Shown: positions 1 to 9,411 of the stretch, in pieces
Numbering within the stretch: the stretch's first letter is position 1
How the letters are laid out: each line of letters opens with the position of its first letter
NCBI GenBank assembly: GCA_963769425.1
Contig: CAVYLP010000004.1
Span: 1-64,000 of the forward strand
DNA from: Candidatus Bathyarchaeota archaeon
GTDB lineage: Archaea; Thermoproteota; Bathyarchaeia; TCS64
DNA: 64,000 nucleotides
Reading direction: 5' to 3'
Notes under the pieces: generated by a model
Database searches by the model: none
Told to the model about the DNA's origin: nothing
The model's input: the letters and a program-made list of their open reading frames with translations, nothing else
Translations under genes and position numbers: made by a program

Positions 1-61
1 CACAGTTGAAGCCTACAAGAAGTAACCCCCTTTCTCTACAGTAAAATATTTTTTAAATTAA

Positions 62-605
62 AACTGTGGATTAATATGATACCTCCATGGCGACGACCTC
101 GTGGGTGTCGACCCTGACGGCGAAGTTGAGCTTCACGTAGTGCTTCTTCTTGCCGTGCTTCCTCTCGATCCATCCGCCGGCCTGCTCGACCTTGAGGCCC
201 GTGGAGTCCATGGCAATCGTTACTTGCTCATCGGTCTCCCTGAAAGCCTCGTGGGGGTCGACTGTCCGCTTCTGGATCTTTTTGGGGAGGCTTGAGTAGT
301 CTCCACTTGGAATTCGAATACAAGCCTATAGAGGGTGTTTGTGTAGCCTTCGAGCTGTCGGTATGGCATCTGGTAGATGTATCTGACGGCTGCGAGGAGT
401 TGTATGTAAGGTGTTGGATAGTTTGTATCGGGGGCCGGGTCTGCCCTCGTTCATCTTTTGGATTTCTTTTTCGTGGCTTCTCAGGGATTCGATGTTTAGA
501 ATGAGTTCTCCGCGTCTTATGAGGCGTTGATCGACTGTTTTCCAGTCCATCTGCCTGGAAATATCTCTAATCTATTATAAGATTTTTATGATACTCCACA
601 AAGCA
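62..605 (-). mobile_element. Internally deleted IS5-family (IS903-like) element
   Basis: 605-372 is identical to 4172-4405 and 195-81 to 4583-4697, in inverted orientation. Left end TGCTTTGTGGAGTATC at 605-590; right-end-like CTGTGGATTA at 64-73. The transposase stops after ...VVAMEV. Confidence 0.85.
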
Positions 606-880
606 AGAATTACTTCTATGTTTTATTCTATCAATTAACTAACAAAATTAAACTAAGATATTTTTATTCCATTTAACTAATTGTTTAATCTGACAATATG
701 ACATGGCGTTGCTTTTGAACCTGAGTTAAAATGGGAAAGGATTAAGTTTAAACGTCAAATGGACTCAAAAATGATTATTTAGGAGATTGTATTGGGTGGC
801 TGGGGTAGAAGTCTAAAATGGATTCTATTTACGGATTATTAACAAATTGTGTTTCATGGGTAGAAAATTATCAGATTACA

Positions 881-2293
881 TCATCCAAAATCCGAGATGA
901 TCAAAGTATTGTCTGTGCCTAAACCCAATCCGTTCAATGCCCACTTGGGAAAACTGAAAACCAGATCTCCATTATCGGGTGCTCGAAAGGTCACCGTTAT
1001 GTCGACTTTTTCGCCCAACTTCAAAGTCAAGTTACCCATCGGCTTGAACGTTAGAAGACTTCTCAGCCTATCTACCGTGTTCGATTGGATCTCGTAGGGG
1101 TCCCGATAAAGCGGATCAACATAGAGCTTGACAGAAGATTTTATGGAATTGTAAGAGATATACTTTACTGTAAACATGAATGTATAGTTCCCACCCCTAA
1201 CGATTTGTATCTGGTCAGGGAGTTTAGGATATTCTACCTTGACATAACCATCAATACCTAATGCAGCAGCCTTCTCGGCAGTATCTACCTGGGACTCAGT
1301 GTAGCTAACGCCTCCTCGCCCATTGATCTTATATACTTCCCCTGAAATCGGGTCAACTAACGCATAGACATATTCGCGGGTCCTGGCCCAAGGAGGGTCG
1401 AGGTAACTAACGACCTGCCACAGATATTTTTCGGCGTAAACTTGGGTTCCATAATCGATATTAAATTGTGCAGTTATCTCTGCTTGAGTACCCCACTGCC
1501 CCTCGATGAAACCTGCTTCTACTGCTAGATGCCTGGCTTCATCTGCTGTGATCCTATATGGCTGTAAGTTGTCTTTCGTCGGTATTCCATACGCCAAAAC
1601 GTAGTCTTTAGTGAAATAAAAACTCACATTCTGGTCGACATTGTAGTTGCCAACCTCGATACGGTACTTGAACGTAACCGAAGTGTCGTTTCCTGAGATG
1701 TATGGAGATTTCACCGTTGGGTCGTGGAAGTACTTGTTAAAATAGTCAAGTCCAACTGAATCGATTAGCATCGTCGAAGCTTTAACTAGAGGATTTTTTC
1801 CAAGGGTTATGAGCGTAGCGTTCAACTTGTTGATAGTCTGCCGGGCGGAATCTAGCGAGGCAGCAATTTTGAGTTTCTCGGTAAGTTGAGTTTGATACTG
1901 GTCAGATAACTCAGCATATCGGTTATTGAGCTCAAGAATACCCAGTCCGGATACCGCTAACGTGATTAAAAGAATCGCGGTGACCCATTTAATCAGGGGT
2001 GGGGAGGGTGTTCTGGCTGGGTGCTTGCTTGGTTCTTCTACCCCCTTAATGAGTACAGTCGTTGCTCTTCCAAAATCTGAAAGCGTATACTTATCTTCAC
2101 GGTCCTTTGTGATGAGAGAACTCAAAGCATCTAGGTGATAATTGAGGAGACCATTGTCAATGTTCAGTTCCGTTTGTATCTCCGTGTATGTAGCTGGTTT
2201 CTCGCCGATCATCCGAAGTATTCTCCTTCGGATTGGATTCTGCATCGCTTTGAAGATGGTATTGTAAGTGTCTTCTTCAAGGACCATTGTCAT
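881..2293 (-). CDS. Membrane-anchored ArsR-like winged-helix regulator with large extracytoplasmic domain
   Basis: N-terminal EEDTYNTIFKAMQNPIRRRIL...LNYHL wHTH, one hydrophobic TM (WVTAILLITLAVSGLGIL), a coiled coil, then a beta-rich C-terminal region. Confidence 0.75.
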   Translation of the reverse strand: MTMVLEEDTYNTIFKAMQNPIRRRILRMIGEKPATYTEIQTELNIDNGLLNYHLDALSSLITKDREDKYTLSDFGRATTVLIKGVEEPSKHPARTPSPPLIKWVTAILLITLAVSGLGILELNNRYAELSDQYQTQLTEKLKIAASLDSARQTINKLNATLITLGKNPLVKASTMLIDSVGLDYFNKYFHDPTVKSPYISGNDTSVTFKYRIEVGNYNVDQNVSFYFTKDYVLAYGIPTKDNLQPYRITADEARHLAVEAGFIEGQWGTQAEITAQFNIDYGTQVYAEKYLWQVVSYLDPPWARTREYVYALVDPISGEVYKINGRGGVSYTESQVDTAEKAAALGIDGYVKVEYPKLPDQIQIVRGGNYTFMFTVKYISYNSIKSSVKLYVDPLYRDPYEIQSNTVDRLRSLLTFKPMGNLTLKLGEKVDITVTFRAPDNGDLVFSFPKWALNGLGLGTDNTLIISDFG

Positions 2294-2333
2294 CTCATAG
2301 ATCCCTTTGCCTAGGATTTATTAAGGGGTTTTC

Positions 2334-2394
2334 GAGAAGCTTCATTCTCCTTTTCGTTCTATTTCATGATTTCCGGGAGAAGAATCATTCTCCC
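2334..2394. promoter_or_regulatory. Two dyads GAGAA-N6-TTCTC upstream of the TATA box of the 881-2293 regulator
   Basis: GAGAAgcttcaTTCTC at 2334-2349 and GGGAGAAgaatcaTTCTCCC at 2375-2394; TTAATAAA on the minus strand at 2324-2317. Confidence 0.5.
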
Positions 2395-2572
2395 ATGGAT
2401 TAAAAATAAGTGAAAAAGTTCTGAAGACACTAGGTTCTCGTCGAAACGCTGAAAATAGTTAAAGCAACTTTTTTAAATATTAACTATGCAATAATGTTAA
2501 ACGATAATTATGTGATCATTGAACTGGTTCATATAACGATTAAAAAAGAGAAAAAAAATGGAATTATACCGA

Positions 2573-3238
2573 TTATGGGAACAGCAGGGTTTTCAGGTCG
2601 CTTGCATTAGCGCCGTTCATTTTAAGGGCTTCGTTGACGGTGCCAATGTTGATGTCTAGCTCAGCAATATTGTATAGCTTGCCATCAACTATCTGGAACC
2701 TCCCCTGAGGGCCACCGTAGATCATGTACCCCCTTGGGCAAAGATTCAGGTAGAGCACGACCTCATCATCCGTCTTCATCAAGGGATCGTTCTTGACCTT
2801 GAATGGTGTGCCGTTGAACGCGCCACCCATCTGCTCTACGGAAATTGTCGGGTTGTTAAAGCTTCCCTTAAGAACTTCCTTGACCTCGACGGTAAAGCCG
2901 GTATAGACATCGGGCAATTCGATCCCCTTGGGATCTATCGTTACTGTTACTTCACTGGTCTTCACCACGCCCCTGATGACTAGCTCGCTATTATCGGCCA
3001 ATTCTTTGACGCTGTTGAGGGTATAGTAGTCTACATAAATCGTAGATTCAAGCTTGCTGCCTATTTCAGGCGGTATACTGCCGGTGTTAACCAACCGCCT
3101 GAACTCGTTGAAGCTCCAGCCATTAGCTTGGAGGAATTCGTCGAACGGATTGCTTGTACTTGCCTTTATGACGTATGTTGCCGATATTAGCGCAGCGCAC
3201 ACGAGAAGAACTGAAACTATGACGTACTTCTTGTTCAT
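2573..3238 (-). CDS. Secreted or membrane-anchored protein, possible OB/NTR (TIMP-like) fold
   Basis: Signal/anchor MNKKYVIVSVLLVCAALISA; segments SVKELADNSELVIRGVV and FTVEVKEVLKG; starts 12 nt after the protease stop. Confidence 0.6.
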   Translation of the reverse strand: MNKKYVIVSVLLVCAALISATYVIKASTSNPFDEFLQANGWSFNEFRRLVNTGSIPPEIGSKLESTIYVDYYTLNSVKELADNSELVIRGVVKTSEVTVTIDPKGIELPDVYTGFTVEVKEVLKGSFNNPTISVEQMGGAFNGTPFKVKNDPLMKTDDEVVLYLNLCPRGYMIYGGPQGRFQIVDGKLYNIAELDINIGTVNEALKMNGANASDLKTLLFP

Positions 3239-3249
3239 TTCTTGTCCTC

Positions 3250-3858
3250 CTAATAGATGCTGTTTACGCCCCAGATGTCAGCGTTCTGGCCAGTCTGAGG
3301 AGTCCATACGCCACGAGCAACGTTTGCGCTAACTGATGGATACATAATCTGTGCAGGGGTATAGCCCGTCTCATCGAGACCTAGATCATGCCCGAGTTCA
3401 TGACCGCAGCACTCTCTTTTCTCGTTAGTCGTCATGGTGTCGTAATATGAGTTGAAAGTGACCCTTGCTGAATAGAGCGTCCACCCTGAGTAGTTTATCT
3501 GCTGCCAGTAGCCAGGAACGTTATTGTTGCCGTCGTTAACCGCGCGGACGGTCGTGACCGCGTCGTCTGGAGACGAGCTGATTTGCAGAGTACCGAAATC
3601 GGTTCCAGCCCAATCGCTTACAGAAGTTGAGAACTCTGACCAAATGGTCGTTGTTCTATAGTATTTGTGTGGATTTCTGTAGGGACTTCCAGACACCCAA
3701 ACCCAGTTTGACGCGGTATATGCGTGTACTTGAACACTGCTTGCTAGGACTACGATGGTTAGCCCGAATGCGCAAGCAAGCAGAAGTTTTTCCTTCAGGT
3801 TGAAAAACGACTTTCCTCCTTCTTCGCTCAGTTTTCTTTCCATCTTTTCACCCCGCAC
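3250..3858 (-). CDS. Secreted matrixin-like zinc metalloprotease (metzincin)
   Basis: Signal peptide ending VHA; HELGHDLGLDE zinc motif followed by Met-turn QIMYP. Confidence 0.8.
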   Translation of the reverse strand: MRGEKMERKLSEEGGKSFFNLKEKLLLACAFGLTIVVLASSVQVHAYTASNWVWVSGSPYRNPHKYYRTTTIWSEFSTSVSDWAGTDFGTLQISSSPDDAVTTVRAVNDGNNNVPGYWQQINYSGWTLYSARVTFNSYYDTMTTNEKRECCGHELGHDLGLDETGYTPAQIMYPSVSANVARGVWTPQTGQNADIWGVNSIY

Positions 3859-4171
3859 TCTTTACTCGTTCACATCGAGTGCGTGATGACCTCGGAAGCA
3901 ACAAATATTTATACTATTTTGAATCATTTGTCAACTTACTTGATCGAAAGTGAAAATTCAAAATATAATAAATTCAAAACGATTTCAATTAGAAATGTTT
4001 TAAATTCCAATACTTTTTCACCTTTATTTAATAAAGTTATAAGAATGCTGAATTAGAAACATTTTACATTTTAAAAATATTCAAAATTTAGATATACTAT
4101 ACAATTCTTACTTTCAGTAGTTTAATTATTGTATGTTTATTTTTTTAAAAAAAATTATTAATAAAAAATAA

Positions 4172-5155
4172 TGCTTTGTGGAGTATCATAAAAATCTTAT
4201 AATAGATTAGAGATATTTCCAGGCAGATGGACTGGAAAACAGTCGATCAACGCCTCATAAGACGCGGAGAACTCATTCTAAACATCGAATCCCTGAGAAG
4301 CCACGAAAAAGAAATCCAAAAGATGAACGAGGGCAGACCCGGCCCCCGATACAAACTATCCAACACCTTACATACAACTCCTCGCAGCCGTCAGATACAT
4401 CTACCGGTATGCCCTACCGCCAACTCGAGGGCTACACAAAGACCCTCTACACCCTTGTTCCGACCTCCCAAGCGGCGACTACTCCGGCCTACGGAAAAGC
4501 ATCCAGAAGCGGCCAGTCGACCCCTACGAGGATCTCAGCGAGACCGATGAGCCGGTGAGGATCGCCATCGACTCCACGGGCGTCAAGGTCGAGCAGGCCG
4601 GCGGATGGATCGAGAGGAAGCACGGCAAGAAGAAGCACTACGTGAAGCTCAACTTCGCCGTCAGGGTCGACACCCACGAGGTCGTCGCCATGGAGGTGAC
4701 TACCGACGACACGCATGATGTCAAGGCCCTGCCTGGATTGGTTGAGGGTTCGGGTAGGAACGTCCGCGTCTCGAGGGTGTACGGGGACCCGGCCTACGAC
4801 TCGTCGGCTGTCTACGCGCTTCTCGAGGGGTTGGGGGTTGAGGTGGTGGTGAAGCCGAAGGGGAACGCGAGGGTCGATAGGGGTCACGCTGGGCGGCGGC
4901 GTGCCGTGGGGCTTATCAGGGCTCTGGGGTACGTGGGTGGGCGCGGGTGATGGGTTATGGGCGTAGGTGGGCGGTGGAAACGGCTTACTCGTTGTTTAAG
5001 CGGTTGTTTGGGGAGGGTGTGTTGGGTAGGAGTTGGGGAGTATCGTGGTGGAGCTTGTGGATAAGGTGGCTCTGTACAATGCGTTGGTTAACATGTGATT
5101 GGTGGATGATGTTGAGAGCGTGGGGTCTTGGTCTCTAATCGATAATCCACAGAGT
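4172..5155 (+). mobile_element. IS5-family (IS903-like) insertion sequence with frameshifted DDE transposase
   Basis: Imperfect TIRs GCTTTGTGGAGTATC (4173-4187) and GATAATCCACAGAGT (5141-5155). Transposase motifs IAIDSTG, YGDPAYDS and YGRRWAVETAYSLFK are spread over ORFs 4227-4550, 4555-4950 and 4947-5138. Confidence 0.9.
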
Positions 5156-5395
5156 ATTAATTATTATATATTGATAGTTAATGAAATATTTTATTTTTTA
5201 TAAAACCAATATTGAAACATGTCGTCTGAGCACATGGAAAAAGCCTACAGGTGGTAAAGTGGCTAGACCCACCGCGAAACCGCGACCTCATAAATGTAAC
5301 CTGCATGTGGTTAGGAACCCTGATAAGGCGATAAAAATCAATAATCTAGAGAAAAAAATGATTGTTCACTTGTTCTATCTCATTGATCTTTGTGC

Positions 5396-5878
5396 TTAGT
5401 TGTTGACCAGTGTAATTGTGCCTGAATAGGATACAGTAGCGGAATTCTGATTTACGATTCTTACGTATGTTGTAGCGCCATTCACGGTTATCGTTGGGGA
5501 GGTTTGGCCGCTCCCAAGTTCGCCCGACCACTTGGTCACACCACCAGAGATAATGGAGCAAGTTAGAGTATAGCCTGTGGTCACACTGCTGAAACTGACG
5601 CTTATGGCATAGGGGTTATAGTTCTGAGACTGCCACCCCGTATCGTGTGTGAGCGAGCCACTGATAGGAATGTAGGTATAGGTTATGAGTGGCTTGACAA
5701 CAGTCACACCTTCGATTGGCCCGGAGACGGTATAATCTATAGTGAAATTTGTTCCTTGGTCGGGAGCTGCGTAGATATATGTGTCAGCCGCTCTAACCGG
5801 TGACAGGGAAACAACGGATGAAACAACCAACACAAGTATAAGACAAATCATCATGCCTACTTTTCTATGGGTTATCAA
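5396..5878 (-). CDS. Secreted beta-rich protein of unknown function
   Basis: Signal peptide ending PVRA; Thr/Ser/Gly/Tyr-rich beta-type sequence; divergent from the adjacent regulator. Confidence 0.65.
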   Translation of the reverse strand: MITHRKVGMMICLILVLVVSSVVSLSPVRAADTYIYAAPDQGTNFTIDYTVSGPIEGVTVVKPLITYTYIPISGSLTHDTGWQSQNYNPYAISVSFSSVTTGYTLTCSIISGGVTKWSGELGSGQTSPTITVNGATTYVRIVNQNSATVSYSGTITLVNN

Positions 5879-5925
5879 TTTGTTTACCCAGTAATCTATC
5901 GCAAGCTTTATACATTTAATATTTT

Positions 5926-5990
5926 TTGAAAGGAAATTTTGTCAACCGAGATGACTCTTATTCAGCAATCGATGAAAAGAAATCTTTTCA
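5926..5990. promoter_or_regulatory. Two (T)TGA-N12-TCA(A) dyads in a divergent promoter
   Basis: TTGAaaggaaattttgTCAA at 5926-5945 and TGAAAAGAaaTCTTTTCA at 5973-5990, just before TTTAATAAA at 5996. Confidence 0.45.
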
Positions 5991-6031
5991 AGAAATTTAA
6001 TAAACTCGCAGTCCTTTTGGAATTGAGCGGT

Positions 6032-6931
6032 TTGGCCAGTTTCGAAGAAGACACTTATTCAAGGATATTCTCGACGCTCAGGCATCCGGTAAGAAGAAAG
6101 GTTCTACGCATTCTATCAGAGCGTCAGATGTCATATACGGAGATCCTGAATTACCTTCAGGTCACTACCGGATTCTTGAATTATCACCTTGAAAATATGG
6201 GCAATCTCATCGCTAAGAACGAAGAAGGCCAGTATAATTTAACCTCATTCGGCCAGGCAGCATTGACGCTTATATCTAACGTAGAGATGATACAGAAGAT
6301 ACCCTCCGATTTAATAATATTAAACAGGAAGATAAAGTGGAAATATGTTGCTTTTTTCTTCATAAGCGTTTTAGTGATATCTAATGTCATCATCTTGTAT
6401 AATAACAATCAGTTAAATAATAAAGAATCCACAATTATATTAAACATATCAATCCAAAACATAAATATGACTAACAAAGTCATTGATATTTTGAACGCTA
6501 CTATAAAAGATGGAAAAATTGATTTTCTCACACAGAGAAACCTCGTCGAATACACAGGAACGCTAGCAAGTAATTATGAGAAACTCGCACAATTAGTGGA
6601 ACCAAATAACGAAAAATTGTTGCAGGCTAAAATGGCGATGGATGATTTGAACTCATTCATGAATGATTGGAACAACGTATACATGACTTATCTCATTATA
6701 AAAAATAATTATAACTATAGTAATATAACAAGTATACAGATAGACTCTTTGAAGGTAATCAATGATGATTTGATGAAAATAAATAAATTAGTGTTTTTGG
6801 ACGTTAATAATGCTCAACAACTAAATCAGGACAGTTTATTGCATATTTATAACTTGTTTCAAAAACTGCAGATCGATGTGGAGTCAGCTAGATCTGCTTT
6901 TTACACTGGAACCTTTCTTAGTGAACCTTAG
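6032..6931 (+). CDS. Membrane-anchored ArsR-like winged-helix regulator with helical extracytoplasmic domain
   Basis: FEEDTYSRIFSTLRHPVRRKVL...FLNYHL is paralogous to 881-2293; TM YVAFFFISVLVISNVIIL. Start placed at TTG 6032 by homology (ORF track starts at 5939). Confidence 0.75.
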   Translation: MASFEEDTYSRIFSTLRHPVRRKVLRILSERQMSYTEILNYLQVTTGFLNYHLENMGNLIAKNEEGQYNLTSFGQAALTLISNVEMIQKIPSDLIILNRKIKWKYVAFFFISVLVISNVIILYNNNQLNNKESTIILNISIQNINMTNKVIDILNATIKDGKIDFLTQRNLVEYTGTLASNYEKLAQLVEPNNEKLLQAKMAMDDLNSFMNDWNNVYMTYLIIKNNYNYSNITSIQIDSLKVINDDLMKINKLVFLDVNNAQQLNQDSLLHIYNLFQKLQIDVESARSAFYTGTFLSEP

Positions 6932-7462
6932 CAAATACCTCATCATTTTTTCAGGTATTCAAGCATATATTCTGATTCCTTGGGCCCATCAAGCACCTTA
7001 AGAATCATCTTAATAAAAAAAATGGCAAAATAACTTAGTGGATGCTAAATTGCCTTGCCTTATTGTTTCAGAAAGTGAGGCTGAGATTGAATATGCTAAG
7101 TTTCGCCCTGAATGTGGCATCCGAGTTTTAAAAATAGAATATGGACACGCTGTCGCCCGTTGCTCGGGGCTGGGACGTTTTCAGATCAGAGATTAATGAT
7201 TTACAGCGGATGATTATTTTCTGGAGAATGTGTGGCGCACGTGCGGATCGTTGAGGAGGCCCACATATGTGGACTCGCAGAAAATGGCTCAAACTCTCTA
7301 CATATTATTCAACGATGTTTAGTCCTTAGAGATCATTATCGTGGCGTCCTAGCTAAAAAGGGGTAATGAGAGACTTTTTGAAGGGCTTAATAGACTCAAA
7401 GCTAAGTATTCTCGTTGAGTATTGATAGAAAAATTTTAAAATAAAATGTTATCAACTGACAT

Positions 7463-9253
7463 TTAGCCGGAGTAGTAGTAGCGCCCGGACTCTTTCTGCT
7501 CCTTGTCGAGTCTGCTCCCCGGCTTGTTTACGCGTGGCCTCTTCGTGTCGGCGTCGCGGCGGAAGGTCACCCCCATCTGCTTCAGGAAGGCGTTCATGCC
7601 GTCCTCGAGGCTGAGTGGCTGACCCGCGTATCCACTTATCCCCGCCTCGCCGGTGAAGACCATGAGCTTATCCGCGATGAAGTCCTGCGTGACTATGTCG
7701 TGCTCGACGACGAAGGCGGTGACTCCCCTCATCTTGGTGATGCGGCGGATGGCCCGCGCCACCGCTAGGCGCTCTTCGACGTCGAGGTATGCGCTTGGCT
7801 CGTCTAGGAGGTAGATGTCCGCGTCCCTGCTCAGGCACTCGGCGATGGCGACGCGCTGAAGCTCGCCACCCGAGAGGACCTTGACGTCCCTCTCCAACAT
7901 CCTCTTGACATGGAGTGGGTCAAGAACCTCGGCCGTGAACCACGTCTCCGTGTACTTCTCCCCCGCCGCCTTCCTGAGCATCTGCTCGACCGTGCCCGGT
8001 ACGCTGCTCTGGCTGAGGTACTGGGGCTTGTAGCTCACCTTGAGGGTCGGGTTGTTTACGGAGCCCTCGTCGGGCTGCTCGACCCCCGCGAGCATCTTGA
8101 TGAACGTCGTCTTGCCGATCCCGTTCATGCCCAGGATGCCGACGACCTCGCCGACGCCGATCTTCCCCGCCTCGACGTCGAGGCTGAACCCCCCATACTT
8201 CTTCTTCAACTCGCTCCACTGGAGGAGTGTGCGCGCCCTCGTCCTGTCGACGTTCGGGGGCTTGTCATGGAAGATGATGGGGGTCTCCCTGAAGCGGATG
8301 TTCTCGTCGGGGATGTAGCCGGTTATGTAGATGTTTATGCCTTCACGGACAGTGTGGATGTGGCTCACGATGCCGTAGACGTCGGGCTCACCATAGAGGA
8401 GGAAGACGTCATCGCTCATGTAGTCGAGGACGGCGAGGTCATGCTCCGCCGCCACGACCATTTTCTCCGCGTCGACAAGCCCGCGTATGACGCGTGCCGC
8501 CTTGGTACGCTGGTAGATGTCGAGATGGCTGCTAGGCTCGTCAAATAAGTAGACCTTGGCGTCCCTGAGCACCGCCGTCGCTATTGCGACGCGCTGAAGC
8601 TCGCCCCCCGAGAGGACGTCAAGCGGCCTGTCCATGAGGTACTCTAACTCCAGGTCCTTTGCGACCTGCTCCATGACGCCCCTCTGGTCGAGCCTCTTCA
8701 GCACCTCGCCCACGGTGCCCTTGATGATCTTGGGTATCTTGTCTACGTATTGGGGCTTGAGGACAACCTGCATGGTGCCGCCGTATAGGGCGTCGAGGTA
8801 GTCGTACATTGGCTGCCCGGCGTAGTTCTCCTTGACCTCCTCCTTGGTGGGGGGCTCCATGTAGTTGCCGAGGTTGGGGATCAGCTCCCCGCTGAGGATT
8901 CGGAGGATCGTCGACTTGCCTATCCCGTTGCGGCCGAGGAGGCCGACGACGCTCCCCTGCTTCAGGGTTGGGAGCCTGTAGAGGGTGAAGGCGTTTGGGC
9001 CGAATCGGTGGGTGTGGTCCGTCTTCAACTCGTCGGGGAGGTTCACGATGCGCAGCGCGTCGAATGGGCACTTCTTCACGCAGATGCCGCAGCCGCTGCA
9101 GATCATCTCCGCTACGTACGCCTTTCCGTCGTCGCCGATGCGTATTGCCTCTCTCCTCGTCCTCACCATGGGGCAGAACCTTATGCAGACGAGGTCACAC
9201 TTCTCAGGCTTGCAGCGCTCCTTATCGACGACGGCGACCCTCAACACTGGCAC
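7463..9253 (-). CDS. rli1: ABCE1/RLI1 ribosome recycling ATPase
   Basis: N-terminal Fe-S cysteines (CKPEKC...CP, CSGCGICVKKCP); two ABC domains, each with GIGK and LSGGELQR. Confidence 0.97.
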   Translation of the reverse strand: MPVLRVAVVDKERCKPEKCDLVCIRFCPMVRTRREAIRIGDDGKAYVAEMICSGCGICVKKCPFDALRIVNLPDELKTDHTHRFGPNAFTLYRLPTLKQGSVVGLLGRNGIGKSTILRILSGELIPNLGNYMEPPTKEEVKENYAGQPMYDYLDALYGGTMQVVLKPQYVDKIPKIIKGTVGEVLKRLDQRGVMEQVAKDLELEYLMDRPLDVLSGGELQRVAIATAVLRDAKVYLFDEPSSHLDIYQRTKAARVIRGLVDAEKMVVAAEHDLAVLDYMSDDVFLLYGEPDVYGIVSHIHTVREGINIYITGYIPDENIRFRETPIIFHDKPPNVDRTRARTLLQWSELKKKYGGFSLDVEAGKIGVGEVVGILGMNGIGKTTFIKMLAGVEQPDEGSVNNPTLKVSYKPQYLSQSSVPGTVEQMLRKAAGEKYTETWFTAEVLDPLHVKRMLERDVKVLSGGELQRVAIAECLSRDADIYLLDEPSAYLDVEERLAVARAIRRITKMRGVTAFVVEHDIVTQDFIADKLMVFTGEAGISGYAGQPLSLEDGMNAFLKQMGVTFRRDADTKRPRVNKPGSRLDKEQKESGRYYYSG

Positions 9254-9411
9254 CCAGTCGTCGATTATTGATGGAGCCTCTTATTTAAGCAGTAATAGGG
9301 GTACGTGTTTAGCTCTTCACCTGTTACTAGTGAGTATTTCTCTTAGAGCTTGAGACCGATCCTACAAACGATGTTTGACGCGAATCGACGCTGCGTGTGA
9401 TCAACAGCCCA

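Noticed and set aside
700-7240. Similarity between ATGATTATTTTAGGAGATTGT (about 770) and ATGATTATTTTCTGGAGAATGT (about 7210)
   Set aside because: Too short and AT-rich to support a MITE or repeat call
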